A DNA stretch of 64,000 nt from Saprospiraceae bacterium. Lineage in GTDB: Bacteria > Bacteroidota > Bacteroidia > Chitinophagales > Saprospiraceae. The translations under genes were made by a program, and so were the position numbers. The notes under the pieces were generated by a model. It did not search any database. It saw nothing but the letters and a program-made list of their open reading frames with translations, and had not been told where the DNA came from. The stretch covers positions 4,022-68,021 of the forward strand of contig JANPLH010000612.1 in NCBI GenBank assembly GCA_031426435.1, in the 5' to 3' direction. This document shows positions 26,851 to 34,782 of the stretch, piece after piece (the first letter of the stretch is position 1; the number at the start of each line of letters is the position of its first letter).

Positions 26851-29124
26851 ATGAAAACTTATGCCATTACCATAGGGCTACTGCTTATGGCAGTCACCCT
26901 TTTTTGCCAAACGCCGTCCACAGTCTCACGTCGGGTGCTGGAAGCAAAAGCAGCCAAAGCTAAATTTCAAACCGTTCAATTATTTGATAATGTTGGTGAG
27001 GCAAAATACAACAAAAACCTCAAAAATGCCCTGAAAGGTGGTCAAATGCTCAATTTGAAAACCAAAGAACTCAAGTTGTTGTATGCCTCAAAGCCCAACA
27101 GCTTGACCTTGGAATTGCCCAGTGCACAAAAAAGTGCCATGCGATTGGAATTGGTTCGGCACGACCTGCTGACCAGTGATTTTTCGGTAAGGGACAATAA
27201 AAGCAAAGGCAAACTGAAGTACCAGCCGGGGGTGTTCTATCATGGCATCGTGCAGGGTTCCAACAATTCCGTGGCAGCTATTTCTATTTTTGAGAATGAA
27301 GTAATAGGGGTAGTCAGCGATGCAGCGGAAGGTCAAATGACCTTGGGAAAAGCAGGGGAGTCCGCCAAAAGCACCAACTATGTTTTTTACCGTCAACAGG
27401 AATTGATACAAGCACCAGGCTTTTCATGTGAGGCAATAAATACGCCCGGCAGCAAGCCAAGCGAACCCACTAAGGATGGCAACTCCAAAGTGCTGGCAAA
27501 ATGCGTAAGAGCTTACCTTGAATGTGACTATGATTTGGTCAATGAAAAGGGTGGGGCAACAGGCGCTGTCAATTACATAACAGGCCTCATGAACATGGTC
27601 TCTACTTTGTACCTAAATGATGCGATTACGCTGAATGTGTCAGAGATTTTTACCTGGACAACACCAGATACCTACCCCACCAACAGTAGTTCCAGTGTGC
27701 TCACAGCCTTCAAGGCAGCCCGCCCGACGTACAATGGCAACATCGCCCACTTGATAAGCCGGGGAGCTCCAACCAACGCAGGCATTGCATACGTTGATGC
27801 CCTTTGTACCGCTTATGCTTATGGATATAGCTCCATCGCAAGCACGTATGCTACCGTGCCAACTTATTCCTGGTCAGTAGGAGTGCTGGCACATGAAATG
27901 GGCCATAACCTTGGGTCCCCGCACACCCATGCATGTGTCTGGAATGGCAACAATACCGCCATAGACGGCTGTGGCCCCCAAATTGGGTCGAACGAAGGTT
28001 GCACGGGCCCCATTCCTGTCAAAGGCACCATCATGAGCTATTGTCACATGGTGAATGGTGTCGGCATTGATTTTAACCTTGGATTTGGCCCGCAGCCTGG
28101 CGATCGCATTCGGGGAGAAGTAAATGCAGCGACTTGCCTAACAACCTGTGGTTCAAGCGGCGGCTGCTCCCTGACGGTTACTTTATCGGGTGGCACCAGC
28201 ATTTGCAGTGCTGGCACTGGCATTGTCACTGCCACCTCCACTGGCACCGCTCCTTTTACCTATAGCTGGTCGAACGGAGGCACCACACAAACCATCAGCG
28301 GGCTATCAGCTGGCACCTATAATGTGACCATCACTGATGCAGCAGGTTGCATTGGCACGGGCAGCCGGACCATCACCCTTTCTGGATTGACATTGACGAC
28401 TACTGTCACCAACGAAACCAGCGCTGGCGCCAAAAATGGCGCTATCAATTTGACGGTTGCTGGGGGTACGGCGCCTCAAACCTATATATGGTCAAATGGC
28501 CCTACTACAGAAGATTTAGCAGGCCTGGCTGCCGGCACCTATACGGTCACCGTTACTTCCGCCAATGGTTGCACGGGCATAAAAAGTGCGACAGTTACTA
28601 CATCATCTTCCGGCGGGGGAGGCAGTTGTTTGCCTTTGGTCGCATTGCCACATTCCCAGAGCTTTGAGGGTAATATTGGAACGTGGACGCAAGACACCAA
28701 CGATGGCATGGACTGGACGGTGAAATCCGGTACTACGCCAACCATCAATTCTGGGCCATCCGCCGCCAGTTTAGGCAGCTATTATCTATATACCGAAGCT
28801 ACGGGCAATACTGGAAAACTTTCCCGCATTACCAGCCCCTGCTTCAACCTTGCTTCGGTTGTCAATCCCGTTATCCGGTTCAATTACCATATGTATGGTG
28901 CGCAAATGGGCAGCTTGAAACTGGAAATCAGCACCAATGCCGGAAGCACATGGACCTCAATATGGTCTTTAAGCGGCAACCAAACCAATGTCTGGCGCAC
29001 AGCGACAATTTCCTTGAGTAGCTATGCCACACAAACCGCTAAGTTCCGTTTTGTGGCCACCATTGGAGGTGACACCAGCGACAAGGCCATAGATGGCATA
29101 AACATTCGGTCAAATTCAAATTGA
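26851..29124 (+). CDS. Secreted reprolysin-like (M12B) zinc metalloprotease with SprB-like repeats and a C-terminal MAM-like domain
   Basis: Signal peptide and HEMGHNLGSPH zinc site. Three repeats of the CxxxxxGxITxxxxGGTxPYTYxWSNG type. The C-terminal 170 aa (GMDWTVKSGTTPT...YYLYTEATG...) follow the MAM pattern. Confidence 0.8.
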   Translation: MKTYAITIGLLLMAVTLFCQTPSTVSRRVLEAKAAKAKFQTVQLFDNVGEAKYNKNLKNALKGGQMLNLKTKELKLLYASKPNSLTLELPSAQKSAMRLELVRHDLLTSDFSVRDNKSKGKLKYQPGVFYHGIVQGSNNSVAAISIFENEVIGVVSDAAEGQMTLGKAGESAKSTNYVFYRQQELIQAPGFSCEAINTPGSKPSEPTKDGNSKVLAKCVRAYLECDYDLVNEKGGATGAVNYITGLMNMVSTLYLNDAITLNVSEIFTWTTPDTYPTNSSSSVLTAFKAARPTYNGNIAHLISRGAPTNAGIAYVDALCTAYAYGYSSIASTYATVPTYSWSVGVLAHEMGHNLGSPHTHACVWNGNNTAIDGCGPQIGSNEGCTGPIPVKGTIMSYCHMVNGVGIDFNLGFGPQPGDRIRGEVNAATCLTTCGSSGGCSLTVTLSGGTSICSAGTGIVTATSTGTAPFTYSWSNGGTTQTISGLSAGTYNVTITDAAGCIGTGSRTITLSGLTLTTTVTNETSAGAKNGAINLTVAGGTAPQTYIWSNGPTTEDLAGLAAGTYTVTVTSANGCTGIKSATVTTSSSGGGGSCLPLVALPHSQSFEGNIGTWTQDTNDGMDWTVKSGTTPTINSGPSAASLGSYYLYTEATGNTGKLSRITSPCFNLASVVNPVIRFNYHMYGAQMGSLKLEISTNAGSTWTSIWSLSGNQTNVWRTATISLSSYATQTAKFRFVATIGGDTSDKAIDGINIRSNSN

Positions 29125-29161
29125 GGTGACCGCCCTATTGAAATAGTACCTTAAAAAAGCG

Positions 29162-29202
29162 GCCCGTTGCATGTCAAAACTGCAACGGGCAGCTTCATTT
29201 TT
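29162..29202 (+). terminator. Hairpin terminator after the M12B gene
   Basis: GCCCGTTGCA-TGTCAAAAC-TGCAACGGGC, then AGCTTCATTTTT. The same stem sequence is used at 43302-43334. Confidence 0.5.
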
Positions 29203-29415
29203 ACCAAACCATATAAACCAAAAAAACATCAAACAAGCACACCATTCAGTTGTTGCAAGTGTTCCACCCTCCCAATCAAGCAGCGCCCTTGTAACTACAA
29301 TAATCGCACAGTACCTTGCTTGAACTTTCGCTTTTTTGGATTGATTTGGCTGCTGCTGGAGTTGAAAACTGGTAGGCTTGTCACAACTGGTTACTTCATT
29401 CTTACAATCCAGTTC

Positions 29416-29492
29416 CCCCGCTGGCAACTGGTCTTCCCTTCACAATTAAAAAACCCAACGCTGGTTTCGCCCTCCGACCGGACACCAGTATC
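29416..29492 (+). repeat. CGCTGG-rich dispersed repeat, copy 1
   Basis: Block CCCCGCTGGCAACTGGTCTTCCCTTC (29416-29441) plus block CGCTGGTTTCGCCCTCCGACCGGACACCAGTATC (29459-29492). Both blocks recur at 32071-32132. Confidence 0.85.
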
Positions 29493-29536
29493 GTTTCGTC
29501 TCATATCTTTTTGGTAAAGATATGAGACGAAACGAT
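29490..29536. repeat. Perfect 21-bp stem / 5-nt loop hairpin
   Basis: ATCGTTTCGTCTCATATCTTT-TTGGT-AAAGATATGAGACGAAACGAT. Confidence 0.9.
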
Positions 29537-29696
29537 AGTAGGAACAAGTCAGGATACCTAATCCTGTCCCATATCTTTTCTAGCCCCAGCGGCGGGGCGC
29601 AATATGATAGCTTTCCTTGACAGGTTTCGCTCCGCTGGAGCTTAGGAGACTAGGTTAACCTGCATTGCTTATTACACAACCCCCAACAGCCAACAG

Positions 29697-30932
29697 CTAT
29701 TTTATCACATATTTTGGCGTCGCATTGAAAGTTTTACTCACAGGTTCGCCGGTGATAATTTCCACCTCAAATTTTTTGAAGCGGTTGCCTTCAAACGAAA
29801 TTCGCAGCGGCTCGCCGTTTTGCCTGACGGCGCTTTCAACAATGACCGTTCCCGATTCATCATAAACACGAGCTTCCGTGCCCTGGAAAGTTACCTGCTC
29901 GAAGATGATTTCGTATTTTTTTAAAAAATCATCGGGAGGACAGGACAGGCAGGGCGGAATGGGCCATCGCAGGCGCAACCTCGCCCACCAGGCAACTTCA
30001 ATCGGAATGCGGAAGCACATAAAACTGCCCGGATTCAGCTCGCAAAAGGTGCAATGGTCTTCCAGCAATGCCCGCATCTCCCTACCGCAGACGGCGCAAA
30101 ACGGCTGGCTGGAGCTTTTCATCTGGCAAGTTGACTGAGGGCGATAAACCCCAAGGGCTGCATAGCCGCCGCCCTGCCATAAGCCAACTACGCCCGGCGG
30201 GGTGTTCGACGTGGTGGGAATGGGCGTCGCTGCGTTAATCAAATCTCCCCATTTGGTGGTAGCCCGGTTGGTGTTGATGGTCAGGTTGGCATCATCCGGT
30301 TCGCCGCCCGACCAGGTGACGTTGTCGTCGCTGCCGTCGCAAACGTAGCAGGTGTATTCATCTGCCAAAAAACCGATCTTGTGCCCAAGCTCGTGGGTGA
30401 TGATTTGCGCAAAATTGGAAGAAATGGAAGAAAAGACCAGCGTGCCGGCGCACCCGCCCCATTGCGTGTCGTTGACCAGCACAAAAGTGGCGTCGGATGC
30501 TGGCGCATAAGCCGCTGCTTCAAAGCATTTGGCTGGCGAATCGCTGCGTATGCAACGCTCCGCTTCGCCGGCGGCGGGGTTGCCGTAGCGGCAATCCAAT
30601 TCCGTATTTTTGAAAATGCCGTCCTTCGGGTGGTCGCATCCGGATTCTTCCGACAGAACGTTGACCCGCCAGATGTTCAGTGCGCACATCGTTTCCGAGT
30701 AGGGAACCAATGCCCTCAAAGCGTCCACCGCTTCGTTCACTTTTTGATTAAAAGTGGCCTGCTGGGCAGCCGTAAAACCGTCTCCGATAAAAACAATATC
30801 GTACTTCTGGGCGGTAGGTCCGTTGCTAAGAACGGACGTGTAATATTGCCCGCCATTGGTCTGGATGTCCACCTGTGCAAGCAGGCGAACTGTAAAAAGC
30901 AAAATGAAATAGAAAGTAATGGATTTTTTCAT
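29697..30932 (-). CDS. Secreted M64-like (IgA-peptidase family) zinc metallopeptidase with a Cys-rich C-terminal extension
   Basis: The ATG at 30932 gives the signal peptide MKKSITFYFILLFTVRLLAQ. HELGHKIGFLADEY motif. The track's N-terminal NSNANPNSNSNP extension is translation of a hairpin repeat. Confidence 0.75.
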   Translation of the reverse strand: MKKSITFYFILLFTVRLLAQVDIQTNGGQYYTSVLSNGPTAQKYDIVFIGDGFTAAQQATFNQKVNEAVDALRALVPYSETMCALNIWRVNVLSEESGCDHPKDGIFKNTELDCRYGNPAAGEAERCIRSDSPAKCFEAAAYAPASDATFVLVNDTQWGGCAGTLVFSSISSNFAQIITHELGHKIGFLADEYTCYVCDGSDDNVTWSGGEPDDANLTINTNRATTKWGDLINAATPIPTTSNTPPGVVGLWQGGGYAALGVYRPQSTCQMKSSSQPFCAVCGREMRALLEDHCTFCELNPGSFMCFRIPIEVAWWARLRLRWPIPPCLSCPPDDFLKKYEIIFEQVTFQGTEARVYDESGTVIVESAVRQNGEPLRISFEGNRFKKFEVEIITGEPVSKTFNATPKYVIK

Positions 30933-30954
30933 GTCAGTAGAATTGGGAAAACTC

Positions 30955-31020
30955 AAATCCAAATTCAAATTCAAACGCAAGGCGTGACGTGGGGCTGGGT
31001 TTGAATTTGAATTTGGATTT
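30955..31020. repeat. Perfect 22-bp stem hairpin with arms made of the GAATTT/GGATTT word; possible minus-strand terminator between two genes
   Basis: AAATCCAAATTCAAATTCAAAC (30955-30976), a 22-nt loop, then GTTTGAATTTGAATTTGGATTT (30999-31020). An extra partial word follows at 31021-31032. Confidence 0.9.
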
Positions 31021-31033
31021 GCGTTTGAATTTT

Positions 31034-31765
31034 TCAACGCAACTTGATTTCACTCAAAAATTTTCTTCCCCTCCTGCCCTCCGGCGTCGTCAAATCCATT
31101 CGGGCTGATGCCTCGTAAAAACGGATAACGACCGCCTCTTTCAGGTTGGGAATTTTGACGGGGAAAACGCTTGGAGATTCTTTCCCTTCCCGGTGGATGC
31201 CTGATCCTTCGGGGTTTTCAAAAACCTCAGCCCGCTCTTTGACGGGGTGCGCAATGGAGGCTGAAAAAAGGAGGTTCCCATTTGCCGCCATGATGTCGTA
31301 GGAAAGCTGGAAAGTGCGGGTTGAAAATTGCTGGTCGTACCCGCCGCCATAAGGCTTGTCGCTTACCAGCCTTAACCTTCCGTCCGTGTTCATTTCCAAA
31401 ATCAACTGTTTAGCGGTTGCGGGTTGGATTTCAAAAGCAACCCTGCCTACGCTTTTCCCATTTTCGGTGAGGGAAATCGTCGTGCTTCCTTGTTCCGCCA
31501 TTCCGATAGCCATCGGGACCAGGACTTCTAGGTGCCCCAGGTCATTTACGCCGATTACGGTAGCGACGGTTTTTCCAAAAGTCACTTGTAGTCCAGTAGT
31601 GCGGTCGAATTTGCCTTGTGAGCGGGCGAGCAAAATGGTTTCGCCGGGAGCGCTTTTTGCTGGCGTCACCGAGATTTCCCCGCCGCCGCCCTGTGGTGTT
31701 TTTTTGAGGTCACAGCGCATGCAAAGCAGCACTGATAGCAACAATAAGGGAAACAGCTTTTTCAT
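31034..31765 (-). CDS. Lipoprotein with IPT/TIG-like beta-sandwich domain, function unknown
   Basis: The ATG at 31765 gives MKKLFPLLLLSVLLCMRC (lipobox). SVTPAKSAPGETILLARS...VTFGKTVATVIGV is IPT-like. Confidence 0.6.
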   Translation of the reverse strand: MKKLFPLLLLSVLLCMRCDLKKTPQGGGGEISVTPAKSAPGETILLARSQGKFDRTTGLQVTFGKTVATVIGVNDLGHLEVLVPMAIGMAEQGSTTISLTENGKSVGRVAFEIQPATAKQLILEMNTDGRLRLVSDKPYGGGYDQQFSTRTFQLSYDIMAANGNLLFSASIAHPVKERAEVFENPEGSGIHREGKESPSVFPVKIPNLKEAVVIRFYEASARMDLTTPEGRRGRKFLSEIKLR

Positions 31766-32070
31766 AAGCAATGGAATTGAAGTGATAGGAAATGAGGGGC
31801 ACAGCAGCGATTTGTCCCCCCTAAAATGAGTTGAAAATAATGGTAAGAAGATTTCACGTTTGCTAAAGCAAAAACAACAATTATGTATCAACCCACCATC
31901 GAAGCAAATATACTGAAAACTACGGAAAAATTTGTGCAATAATCACAGGTTTGTAGTCCTGACACGGTTTGAAGAAGCGATTGTCTTAACCCTGCTGTCT
32001 CAGGGTCTTTCCGGCGTAGTCTTTACTGATTTTTTGCATTGCAACGCTGGTTCTTTTTTGTTTAGTTGCA

Positions 32071-32132
32071 ACCCCGCTGGCAACTGGTCTTCCCTTCCCC
32101 GCTGGTTACGGTCTCCGACCGAACACCAGTAC
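32071..32132 (+). repeat. CGCTGG-rich dispersed repeat, copy 2 (same orientation as copy 1)
   Basis: CCCCGCTGGCAACTGGTCTTCCCTTC (32071-32096) matches copy 1 at 26/26 positions. CGCTGGTTACGGTCTCCGACCGAACACCAGTACC (32099-32132) follows. Confidence 0.85.
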
Positions 32133-32230
32133 CACACGTCTCCAACGTGCGTATGCAAAAACTCACCATTTACCAATCTTCGCCCCAGAACCATAAAACT
32201 TCATGAACGATTGAAATTAGTTTCAATGCG

Positions 32231-34159
32231 TTAATCTATGCCATCACTGCAACCGCAATCTAGCTTGAGCTTCACGATGGGCGAGTTGATGATCACATCC
32301 TGAATGGGGTTTTCGCAAGTGCATTTATTGGGAACTATGAATTCCAGTTTCCTGGGGCCATAATATACGGCTTTCAGTATAAAACCATCGGTGGCATCGT
32401 CCCACCTGGCCTTTCGTTTTTTGTTGTTTACAAGAACTTCCAACTCGTTGTTATTCACATAATACTTTAAAATACCGGTTGTCATGATATGTATATCCGC
32501 TATACGCCGGGGACAGTTCATATAGAATGTAGTGTTGTAGTCTTCTACCTTTCCAATGGTAGGGCTACAATTGAAATAACCGGTCCGGTCGCTCATCTCG
32601 AACCTGTAGGTACCGCTGCCTATCCCCTCCAATACGTATTCTACCCCGTCGGGCTTGACGATGGGCCTGACCGCTTGGGCTTGACCATCCATTAAGAGTA
32701 CGGGTTCCCTTTTATTGGCTTGGTAAAAATCAGTCGAAACCAGCAGTGTAACGCTGTACTCGCCGTCCGATGGTGTTGAGCTACCCACTGATGGTGGAGC
32801 TTCTTTTCGCACGCACTCCATGCTGATGGTGGTGTCCTTGCTTAGGTAAAGTTCGGCAGGGATGCAGAGGTATGAGCCATCCGCCAAGCGGGCCTCTATG
32901 CGGTGTTGCCCCTCCGGCAGGGTCATTTTAGCAATGGAAAAATCTCCTTTTGGGAACTGGGAGGTAATGGTCTGCGGCTGATTGTCCACGCTCACTGTGC
33001 CAATGGCCGACCGTGTCAGTATGCCCAACTCAAACCTGGTTTTGGAACAACTAAGCGTATAAGTCGTCGAAGGGGGGCGCTTGATTTTGAAAGTACCGCC
33101 ACAGCGCCAGGTGCTGTCGTTGACGGACAAACTATACGTGCTATCTATGATGAGATGAGGGATGACGATACCGGATGAATCTTTCGTGAACGACCATTCG
33201 GCAGGTGGCGTTCCATTCACCAGTACCGCTGGTGCTTGCAGTCGCCTTCCCATGCGAAAAGTCGCTTCTTCCACGGTTTCACCAGGCGATGGGTCTAGCA
33301 AATGCCGGATGCCCAAGCCTGCTACCACCACCAACGCCAGTCCTGCTGCCAGTGCCATCAGCTTGCCCATGCCACCCCACGCCAGCAGTGGTTTTTTCTT
33401 CTTTTCGGCCTCAAGTTGCGCCAGCAATGCTTGCCATTCAACGGGCTGTTCTTGCACCGGGCTGTATTCTGTGGTGATGTCCACGGCGAAGTTGTACACC
33501 AAATTGTAGTAAACCCGCTCGTTGTCCACCTTTTCTACGGTGGACACCTTCAAGTACAGGGGGAACTTGCCCACTTTCTTGGGCGTCACTTCAAATACCC
33601 ATTCCGTGAAAGCGCTCAGCTTTGCTTTCTGGTCGAGGTTGTTCGGTGTCCAGATGTCAAAGGCTGTGCTATCCCTTGCCAGCAATTCCACACTCATGAT
33701 GTCGGTCACATCAATATCATCTACCAATTTGGTGTGCTCGGTCGGCACAAAATTTTTGGTGATATGCTCCCAGATTGCCCCTATGCGAACCGTGCATGTG
33801 GTAGGTAGGTTCACGGTCATGCGGCTGGGGATGTTGTGCATGAGCTTCCCCTTGCCCGAAACATTGGACAGGAAGTCTTTTTCATCCTTGAATTTGCGGA
33901 TGCCTTCTATAAGGTTCAATAAACCACTGCGAATCCGGTTGAGTTCGAGGGTATAATCCTCTTGGCCAATGGTATTGGTTCGGTTTTTTGACTCCAAGGA
34001 TTTCAACTGGCCAAGCAATTGATACACGTCCTTCACCAAGGGCCGTTCTGCTTCAATCTGATTTGCTTGAAAATAGGACAAGAGCTGGCGCAACGCCTCC
34101 TCTAACTGATTGTCAACGGTTAGGTTGTGGAGGGTGGTGATGAGTGAATTCAGTTCCAT
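32231..34159 (-). CDS. Single-pass membrane protein: cytoplasmic helical adaptor-like N-domain plus beta domain, TM helix, and Cys-containing extracytoplasmic beta-rich repeats
   Basis: 642 aa with ATG at 34159. The TM helix is LLAWGGMGKLMALAAGLALVVVAGLGI at about residue 260. The N-terminal 90 aa form a helical bundle, and the C-terminal 350 aa have PEGA/CarboxypepD_reg-like repeats with paired Cys. Confidence 0.6.
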   Translation of the reverse strand: MELNSLITTLHNLTVDNQLEEALRQLLSYFQANQIEAERPLVKDVYQLLGQLKSLESKNRTNTIGQEDYTLELNRIRSGLLNLIEGIRKFKDEKDFLSNVSGKGKLMHNIPSRMTVNLPTTCTVRIGAIWEHITKNFVPTEHTKLVDDIDVTDIMSVELLARDSTAFDIWTPNNLDQKAKLSAFTEWVFEVTPKKVGKFPLYLKVSTVEKVDNERVYYNLVYNFAVDITTEYSPVQEQPVEWQALLAQLEAEKKKKPLLAWGGMGKLMALAAGLALVVVAGLGIRHLLDPSPGETVEEATFRMGRRLQAPAVLVNGTPPAEWSFTKDSSGIVIPHLIIDSTYSLSVNDSTWRCGGTFKIKRPPSTTYTLSCSKTRFELGILTRSAIGTVSVDNQPQTITSQFPKGDFSIAKMTLPEGQHRIEARLADGSYLCIPAELYLSKDTTISMECVRKEAPPSVGSSTPSDGEYSVTLLVSTDFYQANKREPVLLMDGQAQAVRPIVKPDGVEYVLEGIGSGTYRFEMSDRTGYFNCSPTIGKVEDYNTTFYMNCPRRIADIHIMTTGILKYYVNNNELEVLVNNKKRKARWDDATDGFILKAVYYGPRKLEFIVPNKCTCENPIQDVIINSPIVKLKLDCGCSDGID

Positions 34160-34168
34160 TGCGCCTTA

Positions 34169-34359
34169 GGGTTACAATGGTTCATGAAGGTTTCTCGTTT
34201 CAGGTTTCAGGGAAGTACCTGCTTGTAACAATTTTGCTTACGTTGATTTGCAATAGAACCCATTCTAAAAATGCTATTCATGTCCAATTGAGCACGAAAC
34301 TCCCGTGAAACCTGAAATCGAAGATTCACGCCAGTAACCCTTCACGAACCATTGGGTTA
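34169..34359. repeat. MITE-like element of about 190 nt with imperfect terminal inverted repeats of about 50-65 nt
   Basis: The left arm is GGGTTACAATGGTTCATGAAGGTTTCTCGTTTCAGGTTTCAGGGAAGT. The right arm is ACGAAACTCCCGTGAAACCTGAAATCG...CCCTTCACGAACCATTGGGTTA. It starts 10 nt upstream of the start codon at 34159. Confidence 0.75.
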
Positions 34360-34463
34360 GAATAATGGCCCTAATGTCATACTAAAAATTCACTTTTTGA
34401 AAATAATCAAGGATTGCAGTGGTATTTGGATGGGGGGCATCTGCCATGCTTCGGGCCCTTTCC

Positions 34464-34585
34464 CTGCTTTTTTCATTGACAAGCCTTCCAAATCCATTTC
34501 TTCCCCCTCCACCCCTTTCGACAAGGGTTCCAAATCAATTTCGTCACCTGCTTTTTTTCATTGACAAGTCTTCCAAATCCATTTC
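34464..34585 (+). repeat. Two direct copies of about 37 nt, 84 nt apart, plus a degenerate third between them
   Basis: CTGCTTTTTTCATTGACAAGCCTTCCAAATCCATTTC (34464-34500) and CTGCTTTTTTTCATTGACAAGTCTTCCAAATCCATTTC (34548-34585). The partial copy CGACAAGGGTTCCAAATCAATTTC lies at 34519-34542. Confidence 0.85.
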
Positions 34586-34637
34586 CCTGAAAGATATACT
34601 TATGGATTCCCATTTGAAGCCCACCAACCCATTTCCC

Positions 34638-34684
34638 CAAAAAACGAAACGGCCCGCCGCAGTGTTTCTCCTGCGACGGGCCGT
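34638..34684 (-). terminator. Intrinsic terminator downstream of aconitase
   Basis: On the minus strand: ACGGCCCGTCGCAG-loop-CTGCGGCGGGCCGT followed by TTCGTTTTTT. Confidence 0.65.
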
Positions 34685-34782
34685 TGTTTTGAGCCAGTAT
34701 AAGTCCGATTAAGTAGGAAAATGTTTGGCGCAAGTGTTTGATAACAGCGCAATTTCCCAATTTCTTAATTTCCCAATTTCAA

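Noticed and set aside
28192-28207. A sigma-54-like promoter string, TGGCACCAGCATTTGC.
   Set aside because: The GG-to-GC spacing is one nucleotide too long relative to TGGCAC-N5-TTGC, and the site lies inside the M12B protease coding region. Other TGGCAC occurrences I checked (8229, 40920s, 42227, 47811, 60311) lack the -12 element.
30933-31037. N-terminal extensions offered by the ORF track: NSNANPNSNSNP for the M64 peptidase, IPSYLIPPYL for CinA, ILYLKSYILYLKL for the Gfo/Idh/MocA enzyme, and FRSFQYICFDGG... for the lipoprotein. The 47-aa leader of the ATPase and the 25-aa leader of DsbD belong to the same group.
   Set aside because: Each extension is the translation of a palindromic or word repeat or of promoter-region sequence. 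In every case an internal ATG yields a canonical N-terminus (signal peptide, Rossmann motif or Walker-A context).
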